Origin: an uncultured bacterium
GTDB lineage: Bacteria; Verrucomicrobiota; Verrucomicrobiia; Limisphaerales; UBA8199
Assembly: GCA_963749495.1 (NCBI GenBank)
Contig: CAVVMW010000030.1
Span: 179,782-243,781, forward strand
Length of the DNA: 64,000 nt
Reading direction: 5' to 3'
Shown: in pieces, positions 8,742-22,400 of the stretch
Layout: each line of letters begins with the position of its first letter
Position numbering within the stretch: the stretch's first letter is position 1
Translations under genes and position numbers: made by a program
Notes under the pieces: model-generated
Databases searched by the model: none
Seen by the model: only the letters and a program-made list of their open reading frames with translations
What the model was told of the DNA's origin: nothing

Positions 8742-11700
8742 ATGAAAAAGGCACAATTTCCAATTGGCGAGGGGCGGAGGTCCCTTCCCTCGACCCTCGA
8801 CCCTCGGCCCTCCGCCGCGATTTCCAGGCCAGGACGGGCCAGTGAAGTTGCCTGCCTTGGGACTCAGCCCCGCTCTTTCCAGCCATTGGACCACGAATGG
8901 CCCGGGTCCGTAGGAAAGAGCGGGGCCGCACTCCCGCTCAGCCTCGGTGACATCTGGTATCTTTGTCGAAACCTTTGTCGAAACCTTTGTCGAAAAGCGG
9001 CCCGGTTCGACACAGGTTGCGACAAAGGCTGCGACAAAGGTGGCAACGGCATCCAAAGTTCGCTGGACTCGAGCGGGGCTTTTGGGTCCTCGAGCGGCGT
9101 TGCGCTCGTCGTCACACTCATCATGCTGGCCGTCATCACGTTCATGGCGGTCACGTTCCTGGTCCTGAGCCAGCGCCAGCGCAACAGCGTGGCCACCAGC
9201 GTCGAGCAGGCCGCCGCCTCCCATGTCACCGACATCGGCACGCGGCGCGCCATGGCCGAAGTCATGGCCGGCATCAAGGCCTCCTCCAATGCCGCCAACT
9301 TCGATTTGCGCGTCTCGACCAACTACATCAGCCCATACGGTTTCAGCACCAGCCCCAGCAATTACACACGTCCGGCCAATGTCTCCTATGCTTACCCGAA
9401 CGGCACCCCCGTCACGGGCAACGACTTCCTCCGCAACCTGGCCAACCTCCTCTACAGCCCCCGCCCGCCAGTCTATGTCAAGGTCTCGGGCACAAACGAT
9501 TTCCGTTTTTACCTCGATCTGAACCGCAACGGCATCTATGACACCAACGGTTGGCTGGTCGAGCGCATCCAAAGCCCCCCCTACAACAGCCCGCCGGTCC
9601 TGCCGCCAGTGTTCAGCTACTGGGTCGGCGACCCCGAATGGATCGGGGTGCTCGAGAGGCCCGATTATCCGCATTCCAGCACCAATTTCTTCATCGGCCG
9701 CTACGCCTACATTATCATCCCGGCCAGCAAAACCCTCGACCTGAACTGCATCCATAATTACACCAAGGCAAACCTTCCCGCCAGCAGCCTCCTTACGAGC
9801 ATGGGCGGCTATGATGGCTTCTCCCGGAACCAGGGCGTCGGTTCCTGGGAAGACAACCTGGCGGCGTTCCTGGTGGATCTCAACACGAACCTGTGGCCGT
9901 ACCATTCCGGGGACCCCAAACCCTCCGGCACCATGCCCGATGGCCGGAGCCGCTACCCCTACACTTATTTCCCCGTCACCAGCGTTAACTACGTCACGGG
10001 CAACCGGGGCGATGCCTTCGACACCGCCCTGGCCCTCATGCGCTACCGCTATGGCCGGCAATACACCGCCGCCGCCAGCTTGCAGCCCGTCGTCGCCATC
10101 TTCGGCGCCCGCGGCATCACTGGCTACTTCAACAATGGCGGCTTCGCCAACGATGGCTTCGACGATTTCGGCTGCGGCCCCATCATGACCAACACGGTGT
10201 GGCCCCTGGATCCCGATGTCGCGGGCGGCAGGCTGACCGCCAACTCCCCGTACCCCGGCGCGGATAATCCCTACCATTTCCTCACACCCCAGGATTACTT
10301 CAACCTCAACAAGAGCAGCCTGGGGGTGGCTCCCAACGCGGCCAACCTCAGCACCAACCTGCTCCTGGCCGGGCGCTTGACCAACAGTTTCTACGACCGC
10401 TACACCTTCTACCGCATGCTCCAGCAACTGGGCACCGATTCCGCCCCCGAGCCGCCCACGCGGCTCAACCTCAACTACGTGAACGTGGACCCGTGGGGCC
10501 ATATTGTCCCCAACATGGCCACCAACTTCATCGCCTGGAGTCTTCCCGGCGGGACGACTCCTGTTCTGCTGGGCAACGGCCAGTCCTACGCCAACGGCGG
10601 GCCGGTCCAGTTCTTCACCAACGCCGCCATCCGTATGCTCGCCAACGCCGGCTACACGATCGGGCTCGGCCCCACCAACCTCCTCTACACCAACCTCAGC
10701 AACGGCGCGCTCAGCCTCCACATCCAGGTTTGGCCCACCAACTTCTACACGCCCAGCGTTCACCGCCTCCTTCAGGTCGCCGCCAATATCTATGACGCCA
10801 CGACGGCCAATCCGTTCCCGTCCGTGTTCCGCCCGGTCTTTACGAGATCAAACGACATTGTCAACGGCATCACCAGGACCGACTTCTACATCAGCGGCTA
10901 CACCAATTCTGACGATGCCAGCCTGGGGGGCCGTGGCCCGGGCCCGACTCCAGCCATGCGCGATCTCAACGATCCGAGGCAACGCGCACTCTTGGGCCAA
11001 AACCTCAACGACATGGTCTATGGCATCCCGGTCATCATCGGCGCCAAGAAGGGATTGCCCAACTTCAACGAGTTGGCGATGGAGACGATGATTCAGATGA
11101 CGCGCAAGCTGGAATTCCGCCGGCCAACCCGGGCGCGAAGGTCAACGAGACCAACCAGATGCTCCTGCTGTGCATCTCGAACGTGTTCGGCATGGAGGCC
11201 TGGAATTCCTACCAGAGGCCATACACCAATGATTTGCGGATGATTGCGGTGGTGGACTCCTTCTCCACGGTCACCAACGAGCTGGGCACGGTTCTGATGA
11301 GCCGCCTGCTCACCACCAACTCGACCACGGACATCCCGCACAACACCTGGCCCGGCTACATGGCCGCCGGCGCCTTCAAGGTCCCCTTCAACCCGGCAAC
11401 CAACGGATTCATCTCGCTCAATGGCACTTACATGCCGACGACAGGCACCTTCTTCACTAACGGGCCGGTCTCGTTCGACAGCATGAGGGGCTCGGGATTC
11501 CCGGTCCCTCACTGGTGGCTCACCTTGCGAACGCGCGCCCGGTTCATCCTGGTGGACACGAGCGTGAACCGCATCATTGACTATGTGAACCTGGACTCGA
11601 CCGAGCCGCCGGTGGACATTACGGCCCTGGCGCTGACGAACGGGTTGTGCAACTTGACCTACACGCCCGACGGCAATCCCGGCAGCCTGTGGTGTACGAA

Positions 11701-13110
11701 CCGGCGCGAGGCCTCCGTCTTCAGCCCCCCTTACGGAGTCCTGAACCAGATAGGCATCTCCATGGGCGACGTCACCCCGGACCTTGCCGGCGGCCGTTGG
11801 AACGATGCCAACGGGATTAGAAGCGGGACGCCCGACGCGATGAAGTTCTTTCGCGGCCAGTTCATCCCCGACCCGAGTGTGGTCACGAGCAACAGATTCT
11901 ATGCCCCATTCGAGCCTACGCGGACCATGTTCTATGAGACGTTCCTGGCAGGCCAATGACCCGCTGGTGCACTACACGATTGGCGACCTGATCAGCCCGG
12001 CACAGCAAACCAACCGCGTGCAAATGGATATGCGGGGGAACTTCTCCAGCGTCAACAACATCGGCCGCATCAACGGGCGTTACCAGCCCTGGGGCACGCC
12101 CCCGGGACAATCCTACTCCGGCAATTCCGAGGACGTTTGCAACCTGGCCCTCAAAGATCCGCAGGTAACGCGCTCCGACAACTGGGATTTCCCAACCAAC
12201 AAGATGGCGAACCCCGGCTGGCTGGGGCGCGTTCACCGCGGCACGCCCTGGCAGACGATCTACCTCAAATCCGTTCCGGTCGATTATCGCCATTGGTTCC
12301 AGTGGTCGGGCGACAACCAGGTCGTGCCGAACCTGGGCCAGGTCTCGACCAACCTGGGGCCCGGTTTGTACAATCCGTACATGCCGGCTCTTGTCCAGGC
12401 CAGCGGCCTGGCTTACCCGCCAATGGTGTACAACCCGCTCCTGTCGCCCACCGTCCAGTCCAACGCCTTCGTGTACGATGCGGTGCTCACGCACCCTACC
12501 AACGACTACTACCTGGTGGACCTGTTCACCACGGCGCTGAGCGACACCCAGGCCCGGGGCCGGATGTCGGTGAACCAGGCCGGGCTCGCGGCCTGGTCGG
12601 CCGTTCTGAGCGGCGTGGACGTGCTGGTGACAAAGAACCAGGACATGATTATTCAGCCCGCAGGCGCGTATCTCCCGGCCGCCCCGCCGGGGATGGTCCA
12701 GATCGTCAGCGCCATCAATAACGTGCGCGCCACCAATTTCGTGGGCGGCGCCTTCCCGCGCCTGGGCGACGTGCTCCGGGTCCCCGAGTTGACGGTCAAC
12801 TCGCCGTTCATCCCTCATGCAGGCCCCCTGACCAACTTCGTGAACGACGCCGTCTATGAGCGCATCCCGCAGCAGGTGCTGGGGCTGCTCAAAGGCGGCG
12901 AGCAGCCGCGCCTGGTCATCTATGCCTACGGCCAGGCGCTCAAGCCCGCCAACAATTCGATCTATACGGGCGGCGGCCTTTACCAGGGGATTGTGCACCA
13001 ATTACCAGATCACCGCCGAAACCGCCACCCGCACCGTGGTCCGCATCGATGGCGCCCCCCAAAACCCCAGGGCCACCATCGAGAGCTTCACCGTCCTCCC
13101 GCCCGACTAA
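8742..13110 (+). CDS. Large PilX/GspK-like protein, split by about 3 frameshifts (near 11130, 11950 and 12990)
   Basis: G|VALVVTLIMLAVITFMAVTF without Glu5, typical of PilX/GspK; coding continues through ORFs 11159-11959, 11877-13157 and 12856-13110. Confidence 0.72.
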
Positions 13111-13192
13111 CCGCCCATAGCGCAACCTTTGAAGGCAGAAAGATGGGGGTGGAGTGATTTTCCAAGAAAGGAACCAATGATAGGATGAGTGA

Positions 13193-13277
13193 TGAAAACG
13201 CAGAGACGCGAAGAACGCAGAGATGAGAGAAGGCAAACGAGACGCATCTCTGCGTTCTTCGCGTCTCTGCGTTTTCA
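13193..13277. repeat. Perfect inverted repeat with about 33-bp arms
   Basis: TGAAAACGCAGAGACGCGAAGAACGCAGAGATG ... CATCTCTGCGTTCTTCGCGTCTCTGCGTTTTCA. Confidence 0.85.
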
Positions 13278-13438
13278 CAGAACCTCCGGCCGTCCGGGAC
13301 CTCCTCGCAGCTTACAAGAGAGCCAACCCCAAGATTTCGTCATTCGTCATTCGTCATTCGTCATTTGCGACAGCCCCTCCCTTTTTTGTCGCTTTACTGC
13401 CGGTCCCGGTCTTAAATCCTTGACCTTATAGAGAATTT

Positions 13439-16400
13439 ATGCGACGGCGCCCTATCTTCTGGTTCACGATCAGCCTGCTCTGTTTTGTTGGCGCGTATTC
13501 TTTTTGGCGGCTTGGGGACCAGTGGGAGGCCAGGAAGGCGGCCGGCCGCGCGGCCGCCACCAACCAACCCCAACCGGCCGCGTCGGCGCCCAAACCGTCC
13601 TCGCAGGCGGGGCCCGGGCCGATGCGCCTGCTGGCCCGCGCTTCGGAAGCCGGCGCCTTGTCGCCCACCAACCTGGCCCCCAAGGCCCGCATCGGCTATC
13701 GCCTCAGCAACACGACACAGCCGCTCCGCCAACTGTTGCGCAATCCCAAGGCGATTCTGCTGGAAAACGCCCTGCTCGATACCGCCCAGTCCACTGACCT
13801 GCCCATCCCCCCCTCGCTGCGCGCCCAAGGCAAGCCGGGCGCCTACCTGGTCCAGGCCCGACAGCCCGTGGATGCGGCCTTTCGTGCCCTGCTCCAGCAG
13901 GCCGGCGCCAGCATCGTTTCCTATATTCCCAACAATGCTTACCTGGTGCGCGCCTCGGAGGCGGCGGCCGATGCGCTCAGGGCGGCGCCGCAGACCCAGT
14001 CGGTGCTGGCCTACGAACCGTATTACAAGCTCAAGCCGTGGCTGTTGAAAGCGGCGCTGGAGCAGATGCCCTTGCCGGAGGGCAGCACGCTGCGGTTGCT
14101 GCTCTTTGGCGGCGCGCGGGCGGCCACGCTGGAGCAGTTGCAGGGCCTGGGGGTGCAGGTGCTGGGGGAGGAGCCCACGCCCTTTGGGCCGCTGGTGCGG
14201 GTGCGCCCGCCTGCCGATTGGCGGGCAGGCCCGCCCCCGGCCCAGCCCGGGGCGGGGCAGGTGCTGGTGGCTGCGCTGGCGCAACTGGCCGGGGTGCAGG
14301 AGGTGGAATTGGGGCAGCAGCGGGTGAGCGCCAACGATTTGAGCCGGGCGACCCTGGGCGTGGCGGCCAATTCGGTAACGCCGACTAATTACCTGGGTCT
14401 GACCGGGACCAACGTGCTTGTGGCGCTGGAGGACAGCGGTGTGGACGCGACGCACCCGGACCTGGTCAACCGTGTGTTTGGGGACTCGACCAACAGCCTG
14501 GTGGACAGCGCCGGGCACGGCACGCACGTGGCGGGGATTATCGCGGGTGACGGGACGGAGTTCGCGACGGTGACCAATGCCTCGGGTTCGCTGGTGACGA
14601 CCAACGGCACGGGCTACCCCTCCCAGTTTCGGGGCAAGGCGCCGGGGGCGAGGCTCTATTCGATGAGCGGCGGAACGGATTTTCACCTGCAGCAGGCGGC
14701 GGCGCTGACCAATGCCTTCATCTCGAACAACAGTTGGACCTACGGCAACAACGAGTATGACATTTACGCGGCCAGTTACGATGCAGCCGTCCGCAATGCC
14801 CTGCCCGGCACGCCCGGCAGCCACCCGGCCCTTTATGTCTTTGCCACGGGCAACGGCGGCATGGCCAACGAGTATGACGACGGCTCCAACGACAACGGCG
14901 TGGGCGGCGCCGCCGACACGATACTTTCCCCGGCGACCGCCAAGAACGTCATCACCGTCGGCGCCATCGAGCAGTTGCGCCAGATCACCAATCAAGTCGC
15001 CACATGCACCCCGGACCCCGCTTCGACCAATGGCGTTGACTGCACCACCAATCAGCCCTGGCTGACCTCGACCGATTCGGGCGACATCACCAACGGGTTC
15101 CAGGTGGCCTGGTCCTCCGGCCGCGGCCCCGTGGGCATCTTCATCGAGGGCGATACCGGCCGGTTCAAACCGGACGTTGTCGCCCCGGGCACGTTCGTGC
15201 TCTCAACCCGTTCGGCGCAGTGGGACCAGGCGGCCTATTACAATCCCACCAGCACCATCCCGAACCTCTTCACCGGAGCGTCCTTGGGCACCAGCAACTT
15301 GTGGTACAATGAGGTCTTCGTTCGAGCCGATGCCGTCCAACTCACCGTCACGCTGGTTCCCAACGCCGGCTCGCCCGTGCCGTTCCCCAACCTGCCCATC
15401 TTCGTGCGCCAGGTGGATTTCCCCACGAACACCTCGTACGACTTCGTGGCCACCAACCAGTTTTCGATGCCGCCGGACCATCCCTTGAACCCGGTGGATG
15501 CGACCTGGTACTACGGGGTGGGCAATACCACCACGCAGAGCTTCACCTTCGATGTTTTGACGGTCGTCACTGTCACCAACGAGCACGGCAACTTCATGCA
15601 GGTGCTCAAACAGATGAATGACAGCCTGGGGACCGGGCCGTCCGGGCCGTATTACCGCTATGAGTCGGGTTCGAGCATGGGGGCGGCGGATGTCTCCGGG
15701 ATGCTGGCGCTGATGCAGGAGTTTTTCGAGCAGCGGGTGGGCCGCACCAACAGCCCGGCCCTGATGAAGGCCCTGTTGATCAACGGGTCGCGCTCGCTGG
15801 GCACCCCTTACGATTTCGGTACGACCAACCAGCCGAATTTCCAGGGGTGGGGCATGCCCAATCTGCCCGCCACTCTCCAGACCGACTTGACCAACCGCAA
15901 TGCCGCCTCCAGCTCGATGTTCCTCTTCGACCAGGACCCGACCAACGCCCTGTTCACCGGCCAGAGCGCCACTCGCTTCATCACCATCTCGACCAACGCC
16001 CAGAATCCCAGCACCTCGTTGCACGTGACCCTGGTCTGGACCGACCCTCCCGGCAACCCGGTCGCCGGCATCAAGCTGGTCAATGATTTGGACCTCATCG
16101 TCACCAACCTCGATACGGGCGACATCTTCTTCGGCAACGACATCCAGACCGGCAACACTGCCAACCTGCCCTGGGACACTAACTCGGCCCCGAACCTCGA
16201 CATGGTCAATAACGTCGAGAACGTCTATCTGGGCGCTCCGTTGGGCACCAATTACTCGATCACCGTGGTGGGCCGCCGCGTCAACGTCAACGCCGTCAGC
16301 GCCAACACCAACAATGTCGTCCAGGACTACGCCCTGGTCATCTCCTGCGGCAACGGCGATCTGACCGGCACCCTGACGCTCAGCAACGCGCTCCTCACGG

Positions 16401-19400
16401 TTTCCGCCGGCGTGCCCAACGTGACCCCGGTCGGCAACATGTTCACCAACACCAGCCCCGACCAACCCACACCCGAGTTCTCCGGCGGCATCCTCCTCCA
16501 CCAGCACGTGGGCGCCAACACCCCGCTCCTGGGCACCAATGCCATCAACTACCCCCTCGAAGGCAACGCCGTCATCACCCTGGGCATGACCAACCAGTGG
16601 CATTTCTACATGATCACCAATGACAACGGCTTTACCAACGCCGCCTTCCTGACCTTCATGCCCTGGACCCTCACCCTCCCGCGCATGGGCGTCACCAATG
16701 TCTTCAACCCCACCAACGCCACTCGGCCCGAGGCCGACATCGACCTCTACGTTTCGAGAGATTCCGACCTGACTAACCTCAGCACGACGGCCGTTTCCAA
16801 TGCCTGGAAATCGGTCGGCCCCGGCGGCGACGAGACTATCATCCTGACCAACGCGGCCACAGGCGTCTATTACGCCGGCGTCAAGTCCGAGGACCAGTGG
16901 GCCGCCGAATACGGTTTCCTGGGCGTCTTCAGCCTCAATCCCTTGAGCAGCGGCCAAAACGGCAACCAGCTCCTGCGCGGGTTCCCTGTCCCCGCCCCCA
17001 TCCCCGACGGGAGCACCGAGCACCCGGCCAGCGTCACCATCTTCGCCGTCAGTCCCGCTCCCATCCGGCTGCACCGCGTCATCGTCCTCAATACCCTCTC
17101 CCACGAGTTGGTCGGCGACCTGCTCGGGACCTTCACTCATGGCGCCGATTTCGTCGTGCTCAACAACCACGCCACCAATCTCATGGTGGCGAACTGGATC
17201 AACATCTACGATGACAGCGATCAGCACGACACACAGAACATAGAGGGCATCTTCGCGCCGATTACGGCCCAATTCCCACCGCCGCTAGGCCCGTCGCCGC
17301 CGCCGCCCCGCCATACCGACGGTCCCGGCAGCCTGATGAACTTCGCCGGCAAGTCCGGCTCCGGCCAGTGGCAGCTCACGCAGGTGGACAATGCCGAGGG
17401 GCACACGGGCACCAACGGACCGCTCTTCATCTACCTGGAGAAGCAGCAAGACCTCCTGGGCGGCTTCTTTGTCACCCTCGCGCCGGGGGCGTGCGACAAC
17501 GAATACGTGGACGTGCCCGCCAACGCCACGAATCTCACCGTCACCGCCACGGTGGTCTCCAATACCGGCCCGATCAACGTCTCGATGCAGCTCTGTCCCC
17601 TGGGCTCGGCAACCGGTTGCAAGAGCACCGTCATCACCAACCAGTTCCCCACGGCGCTCTCGATCGACCTGTTCGACCAGCCCCCGCTCAAGGCCGGCAC
17701 CTATTACGTCCGCCTCTGCAACAACGGCGCCGGCAACATCACCCTCTACGTCAAGGCCGCCATCGAGATGAACCGCGGCGCCATCGCCGTCTCCGTCCCC
17801 GATTCCGTCGGGCCGGTCCCCATCCAGGATGACGCCGTCACCTATGCCACCCTGAACGTCACCAACCATGCGCTCATCTCGGACCTGGACATCGGCCTGC
17901 TCATCAACGACCCGCGCGTTTCCGACCTGGCCATCAGCCTCATCAGCCCAAACGGCACCCGCATCCTCCTCTTCCAGAACCGCAGCGGCACAGCCACCAA
18001 CGGCCTCGGCACCTTCGACAGCGGCGCCAACCCCTTCGGCCTGCCCTTCTTCGCCTATACGAATATGGCGCCCTTCTGGACCAACAACTTCGACACCGTC
18101 CCGATTGGGCCCTACGGCCCAGGCACGACCTTCGACGGCTGGACCGTCCTCTCCAACGAGGTCAACATCGTCCCCGACTACAGCATCCCCTGGCTGCAAA
18201 ACAATATGCTGGTCCTGGGCGACGGCGTTGTCTCCAACTCACTGCCGACGACCAATTCCTCCACCTATCACTTGAGCTTCCGCGCCACTCACGCCCCCTA
18301 TATCGTGGGCATGGTCACCTGGTGGCCGTTCGATGGCGACGCCCGCGACATCTTCGGCGGGCTCGACGGCCTGCTCTTTGGCAACGTGGTCTTCTCCAAC
18401 AACTGCGAGGTCACGCAGGCCTTTTACGATCACAGCCAGGCCTACTTTGGCGATGGCATCGCCACCAAGGTATTGGTCCCGGCCAGCCCCGACCTCAATC
18501 TCCAACACAAGCCCAGCTTCACCATCGAGGGGTGGATCAACCCGGCCAGCGTCACCAACCAAGCCCCGCTGACGGAATGGTTCGACCCGACCAATCCGTC
18601 CCCGCTCGGGGTCCAGTTCTGGCTCGGCAACCTCTCGACCACCCAGCCCAGACCCGGCGCCCTCAGCGCCGCGTTCTGGGATGCCAATTCGCCGGCGAAT
18701 TACTACGTCGCCACCAGGCCGCAGGCCATCACCAATGCCGGCTGGCAGCACGTGGCCCTGACCTACAACGCCTCGAATCAACTCGCCGGCCTCTACGTCA
18801 ACGGCCTGCTCCGCCGCAGCCAGACCCTGCCCGCCGGCGCTGTGCCCCGCACCAAAGGCGATTTCTATCTCGGGTTCGACCCGCCGCCCTCGACCTTCGC
18901 CTATCGGGACTTCTCGAGTCCCACAGGACTCGTTCTCCTGGGCGGCGCGACGGTCGTCAGCAACGCGCTCCAACTCACGCCTGCCGCCCCGAATACGAAC
19001 GGCGCGGCCTGGTATTCCCAAAAGCTGCTGTGTTCAAACGGCTTCAGCACCGCTTTCACCTTCCAGTTCACGGGCCAGGACTCGCAGCCGCAGGAAAGCA
19101 ACAACGGCCTCTGCTTCGTCTTCCAGAACACCGGGACCAACGCCCTGTCCAGCCCCCCCGTATATGACAGTCTGCAGATGGACTCCAATGCCGTCGCCGT
19201 CATCTTCGAAAGTGAAAGCAGCCGTAATCTGGCGGGCCAGAGAAATAGCGTTTCCCACGTCTGGCTCCAGGTCGGCACCGTCCCGAGGATGGGCGGGGAC
19301 CTCGGACCCTCTTTCCCCGTCACGACCAATTTATGCGACGGCTTGGTCCACTTGGGGCAAGTCGAATACGACGGGCGCACCGTAACCATCCTCCTGGACA

Positions 19401-22400
19401 ATTACCCGGTCCTCAGCGAGCAGCTTCCGCAACAGCAGACCCCTGGCGGCCCCGTCCCCTACGGCATGGACTCCAGCGGCCAGAGCTGGGTCGGTTTCGA
19501 GGCCAGCAGCTCGGGGACCTGGCAGGGAACCCATGACATCCTGAGCTGGAGCTTCAATGCTAACGGAGCGAACCCTGGCCTCTCCTTCGCCGGCGGCCTG
19601 GACGAGTTCAGCCTCTATTCGCGGGCACTCTTGCCCCAGGAGATCCTGGCCATCTGCAACGCCTCGACCCGGGGCAAGTACGGCACCAACGCCTTGACCA
19701 CGCCCGTCGGCCTCCAGGTCTCCCTGGCCACCGGCCCGGGCGCGGGCACTGTCTCCACCTACACCTTCACCAACGGTCTGGACTGGGCCGGCGGCCCGAG
19801 CTGGGAAACCAACGCTATCGATTTCACCAACGTCCTCCAGTTCGCCTATACCAACGGCCCCGCCACCAATCTCACGCCCATCGTCCTGACCCCGCTCGAC
19901 CCGAACGTGACCGTGGACGACTTCGTCCTCTCCGCGCTCACCACGAACGTGCTGGACGGGCTGATGCATTTCACCGACAACACGAATCTGGCCGTCACCC
20001 CCATCAAGTTCGCACCCTGGCCCTACACGCTGTCGAACAGCCCGCCCGCGTTGGTCTCCTCGAACAGCTTCGTGCTCTCGACGGGCGGGCTCTATACCGC
20101 CGGCAGCACCATCGCCGGCGGCACCGCCGGCACGAACATCGGCGTCCGCGACTGGACCGTCACCCAGGGGTCCGTCACCGTGCAGAGCAATGCCATGGTG
20201 GATCCGATGCACACGAACTTCCTGGTCCTGGCCACCGGCGCTGTCCAGTCCGCGCTGCCCACCATCCCGGGCCATCGTTACCAGCTCAGCTACACCCTGC
20301 GCGGGCCGGGCGCCGTGGGTTGGTGGAACGGCGCGCTCAACCCCATGGATGGCCGCGCCCAGGACCTCATCGGCGGCAACGACGGCGCGCTCATCAACGG
20401 CGCACAGGCCCTGGCCGACCCCGCCTCGAGTTTCGTGGGCGGCCAGACCCTGTTCTTCCCGGGCATCATCACCAACGGCGTTGCCGGCAATCCCTGGTTG
20501 GCCAGCACGCTCGAACTGGGCGACCCCCAGAACCTCCGCCTGACCAACAGCTTCACCATCGAAGGCTGGGTCAAACCGCTGAGCCAGACCAATGGATTCC
20601 TCAATGGGCTGCCCCCCGAGAGCTTCGTCGAGCAGATCTTCTTCCGCGGCGATTCGCGCGATTGCCTGGACCCGTACTACCTGGGCCTCGAGCGCGTTGA
20701 TAACGCCGGCACCACAACGGAGGACTACGACATCATCTTCCATATCGAGGATGCCCTGCGCGGCGATTGCGGCGTCATCCTCGAGACCGGCGACCAACCC
20801 ATCAAGGCCGACAATTGGTTCCACATCGCCGCCGTCTTCGAGTGCAATTATCATTGGACCGACAACGCCCCCTGGCCCACCAACATGCTCCGTCTCTACG
20901 TCAACGGCCAATACTACACCAACGTCTATCTCGAAGACCCCTCGGGCCAAAACAAGATTTTGACCTCGTTCACCGGCCGGTCCCCCTTCCGCGACCTGGA
21001 CCCCGCCTACAGCCCCGGGGCGGCCATCGGCAATGCCTCCCGCTCGGATTACTCCCAGCCCTTCCGCGGCTTCATCGATGAACTCTCCGTCTATGGCCGC
21101 GCGCTGGCCGACAACGAAGTCAAGGCCATCTTCGACGCCGGCAGCAACGGCAAGGCCGACCCGTTGGCCGCCCCGGCCCAGGGCCTTGCCCAGTTGAGCA
21201 TCTCCCTGGACGACGTGAAGATGGACACCGCCAACGGCGACAATGCCCAGTGGACCACCCCCAGCTTCCTCTTCGCTGCCTACCACACCAACACGGTGCT
21301 GACCGTCCAGGGCCTTCTGCCCGGCACGCTCCTGGACGGCGTCACCCTGACCGAGGTCCCCTCGGAGTTGACTTACCTGCCGGAGGATTCCCTGGACCCG
21401 TTGCTCGGCACCGATGCCTTCGGCACGTGGAAACTCGAAATCTGGGACACCCGCGCCGGGCCAAACTCCGCTACGAACCTCGCCCAACTGGTTACGTGGC
21501 GGCTCGACTTCACGCTCCTGCCCAGCAATCCGCCCCCGGTCATCGAACTGTCTCACGGCATTCCTTACGCCAACACCCTCGCCGCCTATGGCGCCCAGAG
21601 CCTGATCGTCAATGTCCCCGCCTGGGCCACCAACGCCACCAATGTCCTCCTCTCGGCCTTGGATCGCTCCGGCAATGCGCTTCCCATGGGCGTTCTCTAT
21701 GACACCAATTCTTTCCCGACCACTGCCGCCAACTTCATTTTCTGGCCGCCGGTCAACGCCCCGGCGACCAACGTCCTCTCCACCAACGCGGCCAGCGCCC
21801 CGCTCCTGGTGCCGGGCCGCCCCTACTTCCTCACCGTCACCAATCCCAACCCCGTGCCGGTCGAGTATGCCTACGGCGTGTGGTTCGACATCGTGACGCT
21901 GACCAACTGCCAGTTGGCGACCAATTGCGTCGTCGGCCCCGCCGGCGTTCCCCGCTACTTCCAATTCGACGTGACCGGCGTCCCGGGCGACCCGCCGCAG
22001 AGCGCCCTGTTCTGGCTCAGCGCCGCCAACAGCAACCTGACCGTGGTCCTGAGCGAGCACCTGCCGCTGCCCAACCTGGCCCATTACGACTACATCAGCC
22101 AGCGCCCCGGCACCAACCAGCAAATCGTCATGGTCGTGACCGCCCAGGTAACCAACCTGACGGACATCATCGTCACCAACAGCACGCCGTTCCCCGTCCA
22201 GATCAGCCGCTGGTACGTCGGTGTGTTCAACACCACCGAGACCAATGTCTCCTTCTCAGCCGAGGCCTGCGCCGATAATGAGACCCCGGGAGAAATCGAG
22301 TACCCCGAACTCATCCCGCTCACCAGCGGCGTCGCGTATTCGGCCGGGTTCATCCACAACACCAATCACCTGGCCGCGCCCGGACCGCCCCGCGCCTTCT

